Of a stretch of DNA of 64,000 bases, positions 9,601 through 18,065 are shown one piece after another (positions within the stretch are counted from its first letter, which is position 1; every line of letters begins with the position of its first letter). The stretch comes from a virus (taxonomy: Duplodnaviria > Caudoviricetes), in IMG/VR virus record IMGVR_UViG_3300037400_002553, positions 1 through 64,000 of that record; one strand, written 5' to 3'. The translations under genes and the position numbers were made by a program. The notes beneath the pieces were generated by a model. That model made no database searches. It saw only the letters and a program-made list of their open reading frames with translations, and had not been told where the DNA came from.

Positions 9601-12025
9601 CGTTCTTTTCATAATTTTTAATTGTATCATTATATGAATCGTCCAATATAGTAAAAACAGACTTATCGGTTTTTGAAAATTTATTTCCGTTATCATTTAT
9701 ATTAAATGCATCATTAAAGAAGTAACAATAATTAGAATTGAATTTATAGTACTCTTTCTCCACGTGTTCTTCATTTGTATAAGTAAAAATTTTCGTCTCT
9801 AATCGATATTGTTTAGCGCTATCCAATAATAAAGACTTTGTGTTTTTATCTATACTGATATTTGCTTTTTTAAAGTTTTCAAATTCCAACGCTACTAAAT
9901 CGCTAATTTTATTCTTTATTGCTTTATCATCAATACAATTTGTTATTGCATACATTATTATTCTAGCAAAAATAAAATATTCAATATAAGACGCTTTTTT
10001 AGAGTCTACTTCCGCAAATCCATTAAGTTTATTTCTAAGAGATATGTATGGGTTTATGTTATTGTATAATATATCGCTAGGAGAAAGTGGGCTGAAACTT
10101 TTATCTTCTTCAACTGATAGGCTTTCAATTAATGTTTTTATTTCAGCCGCCTTGTTATTGAATATTTTAATACCGTCTACTATATTTTCAATAAAATTAA
10201 CTTCATCGATATGATTTATATTATCACTAGCGCCGTTGAAAAATACTCCTGGGTATTGATATTCACTGGTTTTCTCATCTTTACATAATGGAAACGGAGG
10301 TATTGTTGCATCTCCTTCCCAATATTTCGGTATGTCACTATTTTTATTAGTTAATCCTAAGTATGAAGAAGTCCTTTTTCCATCACCATTTGCAATTGAA
10401 GAGTTAATGTTATCTAAAACATTTGTTCTTAATGCGTGTATAAAAGTATCAATATGTGCGAAAATCATTCTGAAAACATTCTCAATTGTAGGTCTGAATT
10501 TTAATTTCTTTTCTACAATATTTAACATTTCTTCGTCCGCATCTTTTCTTATACTTTCAAGTTCTTCTGTAACTAAGTCTAATCTTTTGTTTACCTCTTC
10601 TTCAAAATTACCTTTGTAATATGTAAAATATCTATTAGGTATAAAAGTTCCTTCTTTTGATTTAATGCCAGGAACTTCTGTTTTAATACTATCTAAATAG
10701 TCTATTACTGAATCTATTTCTTTGTTGTTTGTATGTGCTATCTTATCATATAATGTGTTAACCTCTAGAGTAAAGTCTATATACTCACCAGTTAAATTTG
10801 CACTAGTGAAGTCATTTAAATTTAATTTATCATTTTCATTTTTTACATAATTTTGATTATATGTTAGAACCAAATTATTTAAATTGTCAAATTTTTGTTG
10901 TATTAATGTATGACGCAAACTGTCGCTAAATAATAAAAACGCCTTCGGATTTTTTTCGTTTTTATGAAATATTTTTATTTCATTTGTATTTGTTGTAAAT
11001 TGAGCATTAAATATATTAAATGCTTCTAAAATCTCTTCTAACGAATTTTTAGCATCATTTAATTTCTTATAAATTTTTAATATGTTGCTATTATTAAAAC
11101 CATCATCATTTCCTTCTTTTTTTAATTCATAATATGCTTTAAGATATTCAACAAATGTCATTATTGGCTGTTCGTCTGTGTATTTAAATCTTCCTTCTGA
11201 TGTTAACGTTTGACCAGACCAGTACTCATAATCATAATATGGTGCTGTAAAAATAAGACTCATTGGTAAATCTGTATATAAACCGTACATGTAACCAATA
11301 AAACTTACATTTACATCAAAATTTCCATTTGTTGAATTAAAACTTGTTTTAAAATCATTAACGGCAAGTTGAAATGTTACCCTATTACCATAATAACCCA
11401 TAACAGTAAGCATAAAACGAGGATATGGGAAATGGAATAATGATTTAAAAAAACTAGAAGACATCTTACCATTCTCTTCTGATATCTTTTTATTTTTTTC
11501 TTCTTTACTTAAATTTTTATCATTTATTATAGCATCTATTCTTTTATTATGCACATATTCATTATCTGTAGGGCCAAATAGTGCAGCGGCTCTAACATCA
11601 GTAAATTTAATGTTAACTAATGGAAAAAAGTGTGAATCAAAACTAATATCGATAGAATCAATACCTAATGCCTCTTTTTGACTTTCTCCTTTAGCACTAA
11701 CCTCTTGAAATGTTATATCAGTATAAGAATCTGTTAAGTAATTACTTTCATTATTAAAATCTTTTCCACTCATAAATGATATGAATTTTGATTCATACAC
11801 ATTGTTAGAGTTTTGATATATAGGTAATTTTGAGCCTAATCTATCTGGATTAATAACGCGAAGATCTACATTAAATTGTAAATCTTCTTGATTCCATGAA
11901 ATATTATCCAATGTAACGCCTTTTGATATATTTCCATTTTCATGTATTTTATATTCTGGAAAATCAGTTGGCTCTAAGTAGATGATTCTACCTTTTTTTG
12001 CTGCAAATTCATTGTTATTTTGCAT
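6686..12025 (-). CDS. Giant baseplate hub-like protein with C-terminal peptidase M15 (Zn) domain
   Basis: 1779 aa; hub-like segment TCTVEMLG..IMPMMYFQL.NIPMFRGLY.I..V.H; M15 motifs SGFRS, HTYGFAVD (H-x6-D), WAHIG. Confidence 0.7.
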   Translation of the reverse strand: MQNNNEFAAKKGRIIYLEPTDFPEYKIHENGNISKGVTLDNISWNQEDLQFNVDLRVINPDRLGSKLPIYQNSNNVYESKFISFMSGKDFNNESNYLTDSYTDITFQEVSAKGESQKEALGIDSIDISFDSHFFPLVNIKFTDVRAAALFGPTDNEYVHNKRIDAIINDKNLSKEEKNKKISEENGKMSSSFFKSLFHFPYPRFMLTVMGYYGNRVTFQLAVNDFKTSFNSTNGNFDVNVSFIGYMYGLYTDLPMSLIFTAPYYDYEYWSGQTLTSEGRFKYTDEQPIMTFVEYLKAYYELKKEGNDDGFNNSNILKIYKKLNDAKNSLEEILEAFNIFNAQFTTNTNEIKIFHKNEKNPKAFLLFSDSLRHTLIQQKFDNLNNLVLTYNQNYVKNENDKLNLNDFTSANLTGEYIDFTLEVNTLYDKIAHTNNKEIDSVIDYLDSIKTEVPGIKSKEGTFIPNRYFTYYKGNFEEEVNKRLDLVTEELESIRKDADEEMLNIVEKKLKFRPTIENVFRMIFAHIDTFIHALRTNVLDNINSSIANGDGKRTSSYLGLTNKNSDIPKYWEGDATIPPFPLCKDEKTSEYQYPGVFFNGASDNINHIDEVNFIENIVDGIKIFNNKAAEIKTLIESLSVEEDKSFSPLSPSDILYNNINPYISLRNKLNGFAEVDSKKASYIEYFIFARIIMYAITNCIDDKAIKNKISDLVALEFENFKKANISIDKNTKSLLLDSAKQYRLETKIFTYTNEEHVEKEYYKFNSNYCYFFNDAFNINDNGNKFSKTDKSVFTILDDSYNDTIKNYEKNDSIKIDTKNTIKSRESWLKNGSCDEYSMSYITTSKENKSEIGFAGDYNKKQWLLSTMLTDYNTNGEAVLTNYNAGILQIGDNRVKYIDGSTEKVYNKEYYIDDIYKGTNAAIDIKSYTNKKDKPVMSVQGNKYFRAFLLLGSLSTYFNLDNGYSLETYYETPAVQYTPKQYYNKEAKLFKHPKVLLLYYGACAYFRKNNHERLNDGTIYKDSFSLINLPLYVTDDAVIKYDNTYKQWTLKTFTDKKKNLFLSNSELEDCLEIKVSDGVIDDLEKYFINWVDSGEFKQIDDILSNDKGAETVKMIKYDAKYHVNKNSIIFTTRYASSREDLEIKKILCEDVYVYKKPEGLTFSNEIYSYSKEYLEAIKKSFEGYKTEEDIKEEERKEEEKKVSDVSEVKKALYYTLKRLYDKWLCCYNLNKPEKVEDVFMLNKPSQDKLNRELRYTTNSDENISTEFNSFIFVDSFYRDISDKFLIDPDTLKQLAESYSNAEIMNSNASVFEFMNEIAEKNGLLFASLPVYSNFYDTNTIVDIFSPNKKYDLTKPGKSDIPGNTYVIMYTGEASSKLDFGQEGEYDDDGITSIPDIFQSEKDQVPTSVSDLEPLLKESDGDGLNFVVPVFGVTFGKQNQMYFKNITVNMDNPKVTDYSIANLIQISQGGKHGDSDGYDVGIGQDLYSIYANRSYTCTVEMLGCINIMPMMYFQLNNIPMFRGLYIIINVSHSVVPGNMTTKFTGVRVSKNHIGLVKTTFTYQGQNDKINTEGVSLNIGNDSVHVTCNNFIDEKIGKHFMLSDFTIKSTTARQYDICNLPIEGEDWVNIEELKNRLNEIAETILDPLWDAWVKEGYENGFNLTSGFRSQRTTRKTNEKPTTEKKGSAHTYGFAVDIQSKKTDNRGRFKKFVYFWLKNNNKKIDQFIDEQSSSNNKAIAKVENNGWAHIGFKKNNGEQRGEFKWTKNASSSKPTYTSLTDTFYS

Positions 12026-12034
12026 AATTTCATT

Positions 12035-12346
12035 TTATTTATACAAAGTATTATAAGCATTTATTGCATTGTTATATGCATCAATTGTTAAATTTAATGG
12101 AAATGGTATTCTTAATATAGCACCATCTGGAATGTCAAATTCCATAGAACCATATTCTGGATTGGCCATCATAATTAACCAATCATAGTTTGGGTCGCCG
12201 TAATATTTACTTGATAATAAATCAAGTCTTGTAACGCCAGCCTTATATATTTCCATATAATCCGTAGATTTACTATATATTGGAACCGATGGGACAATTT
12301 CATATTTCCCATTATTTAAAAACCTGCTATATCTATTATATGACAT
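12035..12346 (-). CDS. Baseplate wedge protein, gp53/LysM/tail-X-like
   Basis: TRLDLLSSKYYGDPNYDWLIMMANP...IPDGAILRIP pattern; between two baseplate genes. Confidence 0.7.
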   Translation of the reverse strand: MSYNRYSRFLNNGKYEIVPSVPIYSKSTDYMEIYKAGVTRLDLLSSKYYGDPNYDWLIMMANPEYGSMEFDIPDGAILRIPFPLNLTIDAYNNAINAYNTLYK

Positions 12347-12398
12347 ATTTTATTATTGTTATATTAAAATATAATTATTTTATTATAAAAATACATAG

Positions 12399-15300
12399 TT
12401 ACTTTTTACATTGACCATTTCCTTGTGATAAATTATAGCCGTTAAGATTTGTTTTTGCCTCATCATATTCTGCTTTATTTATCTTTGATTTATCGATGTA
12501 ATCATTATTATTGTTACCTTTTGGGTTTCTATAGAGTGTATAATCAGATTCATCTTCTGAAGGTTTAATATTGAATACGTAATCATAAGTCATATCACCA
12601 CTTCCATTTGTATCTCTTCGCACTCTATCTGCTCTATTATCATATACACCAGTATTAGCATAATAATCAAATGAAACAGCATTTTGTAATCTACTAATAG
12701 GGCCTTCAAGTGATTGACCACCAATAATAGTAATACCTAAGTTAACTTTTGCATACATAGGTTGTACGCCAATGCCTTCTGGGTTTAAATCCCATTGCAT
12801 ACCACCATTATCATAGTTAATATTAATATTATTAATAATAATTCTTGTATTAATAAAGTCGCCAATACGTAACACACAAACAGGCATTCTACCGAATGCT
12901 AGGTTATGTGCTGTCTTAACACCATTACCAGATTTTGCTTCGTATGTGTGCCCTTGTCGTGTACATTGATGTAAAAAATTTAAACGAGCATTAAATCCTT
13001 CTGGCGACATTGAGTGAAACGCTGGATTAAAATATTTAAACTTCTCTTTAATACTTTTGAATATTAGTGGATGTTCAATATTTAATTTCTCGAAATATTC
13101 GCTTTCAGTCTCATATCTAGTAACTCCACTACCAGTGAATACAGAATATAAATATTGGTCTTTCTTCTTATCTACAGTTTCTTTTAACTTACCCAATGTA
13201 TCACACTCACTCTTATATTTTTTCTTTAACTTTTGTGCCTCTTTTTCTTTTTCTGCTGCTTCTGCCGATTCTTTTTCTGCATTATATAAATTTTCAGCAT
13301 TACTTTTAACCTCTTCTGTTATTGCATTAATCCTATCAGATAAGAATTCCGTCATATTTGTTAATGGACCTTCTGGTGATAATACTGCATCCAAAACGTC
13401 TGATATTGCATCACTCCTTTTTGGATCTTCAAGATCTTGATGGTCATAGAAGTATTTTAATATAGAAGCAAATCGTTCTGCATCATCTTTTAAAAATTCA
13501 TCGTCAATACAACAATCGCTTGTTCCTATAAAGTTACTTACAAAATCACAAGTTTGATATAATACAGTACTTGTTGTTAAAGTATCACCATCACCATAAT
13601 TATGATCTACAGCATCTTTATACCCTAAATCTAATAAATATTTTAAATATATTGATTGTCTCAACTCGCAATATAAATCATCATTATTAAACAAATAATA
13701 GCAGCCATATTCAAACCCTTCGTCTACATTATTAATAATTTGTCTAACGGTTAAATATTCAATAAGAAGTAAATTATAACTTAAATTTCCACTACAATCT
13801 TCACACTGTAACTCTGTATTATAACCACTGTAAGGAAAATATTCCCATGAAGCGGTTATGGCAGTTTCGTGTACTGGATAAGTTATTGACGTACCGTTAC
13901 TATTTTCTCCACGGAAATTACCAATACTAAAATCTGAATCACATTCAAACAACTTTTCGAAATATATCTCTGTTTTTGTTAAATCAATGTTAGTTGGCGT
14001 TCCACCATTTATTTTGTTATATTCTTTAACTGCATCAGAATTCTTATTGTCAGCATTATTAAATTTAAGTTGTTCTTGTTCTATACTTTTTTCTAAATTA
14101 CTTATATTGTCATTTAATTCATCTATCTCATTTTCTAGTTTTTCCTTTTCCTCTATCGTTAATATATTAATTGTATTATTTTTACTATCAATCTCTTTCT
14201 GTTTTTCATTTCTCTCTTTTATTAAAATAGGTTTCTTATATTCTTCCTCTATTGATAAATGTGACAGTTCAAAATTTATAACATCAATACGGTCTTGTAA
14301 TCTTTCAATACTTTCTTCTAGATCATTAATACTTGTATTTACACTTTCTAATTCTTCTTTTTTTTCTTCTATTTCAGATTCTTTATTTATTTTTTCGGTT
14401 TCATAAGTGTCGATTAAAGTTTCCGCCGCATCCTTTTCTCTCTGAGTTTCAATCACTTTTATAGTTGCGGCTTGTTTTTTGGAATTATAATCATTTTGAA
14501 ATTCAGATGGTACCCACGTTCCACCATCACTGTTTAAATGGTCTAAAAAATTACAGTTTAAATCTGTACTTATATCACCGCCAATACAAAGTGCTGGCAT
14601 GAGATATTTAAATCCATATTTTTCAACTAAAGGAAATACTACTTTTTTATTCCAATCATCATCTGATGCATTATTCCAATATGAATCATCTGTGTAATCT
14701 ATTTCATTTTCTTTACACCATTTTTTAATTTCATTGTCAAAATTATTATATTCTAACTCAAAATCTTCATTATCAAAAATAATGTCATATTCATTAATTA
14801 TACTTGCCCCTGCTTTTAACTTATTATACCATTTTACAAATGCTTCCTCGTCTGTTTGTTCTTCTTTACGAGTCATTTCTTCCTCATTAGTTGCATTTTC
14901 TGACATAGAAGATAAACTCTGTTTTGTACCAGGTAATGTATATTCTACCGTTACAAAAGCATATCTTTGTAATTTATTTTCTTTATCATTTGCTGATTTA
15001 GAAGGATCACTTTGTGATGATTGTGATGAAAATTCAATATTTTCATTATTTATTTCAATTCCATAAACATCTTCAGTAAACAATTTTTTAATTGATTCTG
15101 CTCTTCTAGCCGCTAACATTCCAGAATTCTTTTTATCGTTACTATCGGCACTACCAAAAATTTTAATAGAATCAATAGTTAATCCGTCTGATTTAAAATC
15201 TTCGGATAATTTTTTAACTGAATTGGCTGAACACCCATTTTTAAGCAAAAAATCTAATAATAAATTAGCATCAATATCTGATAACGCTTCCATTGCGTTA

Positions 15301-17909
15301 TTACTATTTTTTGTGTTCAATCTTTTTGCGGTAAGTAATGCAGCAATAACTTCTCCAAATGAATAATCGGCACCTTTTTGGAAATTTTTATTATCCAATT
15401 TACTATTTAATTGATTTGAGTTTTTATCAATAAAACTTACGTTAGTTGGATTTGGTTCTTTTAAATATGCCCCTAATTTTTGTCTTAAATCGCTATCGAC
15501 TTTATATTTATAACACCACTTTCCATCACCAGTCTTATCAACTTCATCTGCGTCGTTTTTATATACATTAGTTGTATCACCTATACAATCATCTCTTCTT
15601 TCCCAATGGCATTTTGACACTCCTATCCACGCATCTTTAAATCCATCATCTATACTAGCAACACCATATTGTTTAGATATACCATCTCCTTGTGTTATTT
15701 CATAGCCAACCCAAGCATTATATTCGCTACCTAATGCATCATTTGTTCTGAAAAATTCACAATTATTACCAACTAATATATATTTCCACCAGTCATTATA
15801 ATAATCTTTTATATTTTTACCACTTTTATCTGAAACTATGCCAGAAAAATTATTTGGGAAATATACATAGAAACTAAATTTTTCATGTCTTTTTAGTTCT
15901 GGTTCTGGATCTGGAGTAGTTTCTGGTTCTTCTTCAGTTGTTTCCTCTGATTTTTTAATTTCTGGCATTTCACAACCAGCAAAATAACGTAAAATATCAC
16001 TATCAATATCACTACTAAGATCACCGTCATCTAATCTAGAAAAACTATTAACTATAGAAGGATGATCGATTAATAATGTAAATGATAATGTACCTGTTCT
16101 ATCTGTATTTGTGTATGTATAAACCTTTTCTCCGCGGCCGATAAATGTACTTTCATTCCATGCGACATTTACATTTTCACTAAATGATAAATCATATGGT
16201 GGAAACCACATAATTCTACCGCCATTTGGCCCTGTTTGCTCTTTACTAATATAATTTTCCTTTGTGAATTTAGGTACATCCTTCCACGCTAGATTTTCAA
16301 TTGAAAACATACATTTATCAATTGACACGCCACTTTTACCTGCTGCTACGTCACCTTCTGATGGGCAAATATTAACAAAACCATTCTTATTAAGAACAGT
16401 GTTATCACCTAAATACTTAGGGCCAATTAACTTTCTACTATCTTTATCTCTTGATCTATATTTTCCGTTAAGTTTTTGAACAGCCTCTATAGACATTGCA
16501 GTCGCTTCTCCATTATCATTAGTAATAATAAAAGGCCTAATTAATTTTTTTACTTGATTATATTGATGATGGTAGGTCCATGTACGACAATATGGATTAT
16601 CATAGCCATTAGTATCATCAGCATCTGCAACTTCGCTATCCTGTGCTTTTTTAGTTAATAAATTTCGGCCATGTGAATTTCCATATTTACTCTTTGCTGT
16701 ATCAATAAATTCTTGTTCTGTTGGAATACCACCATCTACAGAAGTGTGAAAACGCCCAACCAACGTATTTAGTTTATGATAATTAAATAATTGTGCCGTC
16801 TTACTTAATATTGATTTCTCATTCTTATTAAAATCTATTGCTTCATAATGCTCCCATGATGCATCATCTTCATTGGATGGCGCATTTTCATAAGTGTAAG
16901 TTGCATTATCGTTTTCATTATATATGTCATACGTCTTATCCGTGTTAGATTTATATACAGAAGTAAAGTTGCTTTGTGATATAAAATCAGTTAAATCAAG
17001 TACACTCTCCTTACCTTCAATATAATTAACATATCCTTCTTTACCTAACTCATACCCACTAAATCCTATATTGTGTTCTGCTAAATATTTCTTCGCATTT
17101 TCGACATTTTTAGTCATCCAATGGATATTTAAATCTCCAACTGCATCTTTAAAACTATGAATAATATGGGCATCAGCCCCTAAATCTTCCCTTAACTCAT
17201 AATCACCAACACCTACACGAAGCATATCACCGAGTTTCGTAACATTAGAAAGATTATTACCATACTGATTAATCAAACTTCTTGTAATGTATTTTGTCTC
17301 ACTTTTTCTATCACTATTAAATATAGCACCATTATATAGTAATGTTGAATACATAAAGTTAGTAATCGTACCCAATGGAGTATCAACACTCTTAAGATTA
17401 TTAGTATTTGTGGTTATTATACCTTGTTTTGCTATAGGTATATTAATATCACGAATAACTCCAACCTCTGTCTGTCTTAATGCATTTTCCATGTATTGAC
17501 CAGATAGAAAGTCATTAATATATCTGACATGCCTTGAGTAAATATCTTCTCCTAAAACATCATCTAAATAAGATATATAATCAACATAATCCCCACCCCA
17601 TGCTTGTATTTGATCAAAATTTAAATTCTTAACTGAATATATATCCTTTTTCCTATTTTTATTAAAGTATTTACGATTAATAGAATTACCATATGGTTCT
17701 GCACCATTATGAGTGTAATCTAACAATGGTTGATTATTAGTGATTGAATATAAAGGTCTATCATAATCAATATTATAGACCTCTCCTATTGCTGGAACTA
17801 GATTTTCAGTATATTGAAAATATTTACCGTAATTTCTTCTTAAATGTTCATCCCTTGTTTTTGAATTTTTATCCAATACACTAGGTACTTCTGCTATTTT
17901 TGATTTCAT
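12399..17909 (-). CDS. Giant baseplate/tube-initiator-like protein with OmpA-like domain and coiled coil
   Basis: 1836 aa; WFPPYDLSFSENVNVAW...FIGRGEKVYTY..T.RTGTLSF; IFGSAD...MLAARRAESI; C-terminal AFGRMPVCVLRIGDF. Confidence 0.65.
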   Translation of the reverse strand: MKSKIAEVPSVLDKNSKTRDEHLRRNYGKYFQYTENLVPAIGEVYNIDYDRPLYSITNNQPLLDYTHNGAEPYGNSINRKYFNKNRKKDIYSVKNLNFDQIQAWGGDYVDYISYLDDVLGEDIYSRHVRYINDFLSGQYMENALRQTEVGVIRDINIPIAKQGIITTNTNNLKSVDTPLGTITNFMYSTLLYNGAIFNSDRKSETKYITRSLINQYGNNLSNVTKLGDMLRVGVGDYELREDLGADAHIIHSFKDAVGDLNIHWMTKNVENAKKYLAEHNIGFSGYELGKEGYVNYIEGKESVLDLTDFISQSNFTSVYKSNTDKTYDIYNENDNATYTYENAPSNEDDASWEHYEAIDFNKNEKSILSKTAQLFNYHKLNTLVGRFHTSVDGGIPTEQEFIDTAKSKYGNSHGRNLLTKKAQDSEVADADDTNGYDNPYCRTWTYHHQYNQVKKLIRPFIITNDNGEATAMSIEAVQKLNGKYRSRDKDSRKLIGPKYLGDNTVLNKNGFVNICPSEGDVAAGKSGVSIDKCMFSIENLAWKDVPKFTKENYISKEQTGPNGGRIMWFPPYDLSFSENVNVAWNESTFIGRGEKVYTYTNTDRTGTLSFTLLIDHPSIVNSFSRLDDGDLSSDIDSDILRYFAGCEMPEIKKSEETTEEEPETTPDPEPELKRHEKFSFYVYFPNNFSGIVSDKSGKNIKDYYNDWWKYILVGNNCEFFRTNDALGSEYNAWVGYEITQGDGISKQYGVASIDDGFKDAWIGVSKCHWERRDDCIGDTTNVYKNDADEVDKTGDGKWCYKYKVDSDLRQKLGAYLKEPNPTNVSFIDKNSNQLNSKLDNKNFQKGADYSFGEVIAALLTAKRLNTKNSNNAMEALSDIDANLLLDFLLKNGCSANSVKKLSEDFKSDGLTIDSIKIFGSADSNDKKNSGMLAARRAESIKKLFTEDVYGIEINNENIEFSSQSSQSDPSKSANDKENKLQRYAFVTVEYTLPGTKQSLSSMSENATNEEEMTRKEEQTDEEAFVKWYNKLKAGASIINEYDIIFDNEDFELEYNNFDNEIKKWCKENEIDYTDDSYWNNASDDDWNKKVVFPLVEKYGFKYLMPALCIGGDISTDLNCNFLDHLNSDGGTWVPSEFQNDYNSKKQAATIKVIETQREKDAAETLIDTYETEKINKESEIEEKKEELESVNTSINDLEESIERLQDRIDVINFELSHLSIEEEYKKPILIKERNEKQKEIDSKNNTINILTIEEKEKLENEIDELNDNISNLEKSIEQEQLKFNNADNKNSDAVKEYNKINGGTPTNIDLTKTEIYFEKLFECDSDFSIGNFRGENSNGTSITYPVHETAITASWEYFPYSGYNTELQCEDCSGNLSYNLLLIEYLTVRQIINNVDEGFEYGCYYLFNNDDLYCELRQSIYLKYLLDLGYKDAVDHNYGDGDTLTTSTVLYQTCDFVSNFIGTSDCCIDDEFLKDDAERFASILKYFYDHQDLEDPKRSDAISDVLDAVLSPEGPLTNMTEFLSDRINAITEEVKSNAENLYNAEKESAEAAEKEKEAQKLKKKYKSECDTLGKLKETVDKKKDQYLYSVFTGSGVTRYETESEYFEKLNIEHPLIFKSIKEKFKYFNPAFHSMSPEGFNARLNFLHQCTRQGHTYEAKSGNGVKTAHNLAFGRMPVCVLRIGDFINTRIIINNININYDNGGMQWDLNPEGIGVQPMYAKVNLGITIIGGQSLEGPISRLQNAVSFDYYANTGVYDNRADRVRRDTNGSGDMTYDYVFNIKPSEDESDYTLYRNPKGNNNNDYIDKSKINKAEYDEAKTNLNGYNLSQGNGQCKK

Positions 17910-18065
17910 GATTTTTGATCAAATGGTTAATCTTTCTTTTTTATTTTCTTTCTCTATATATTCTTGATTTTAGATGTCTAATATTTATATACCAAGTATT
18001 ATTAATTATAATTATTATTTTATATTTTTAAATACTTAGTATTAGTAATAACGCGCGCACGCGTA

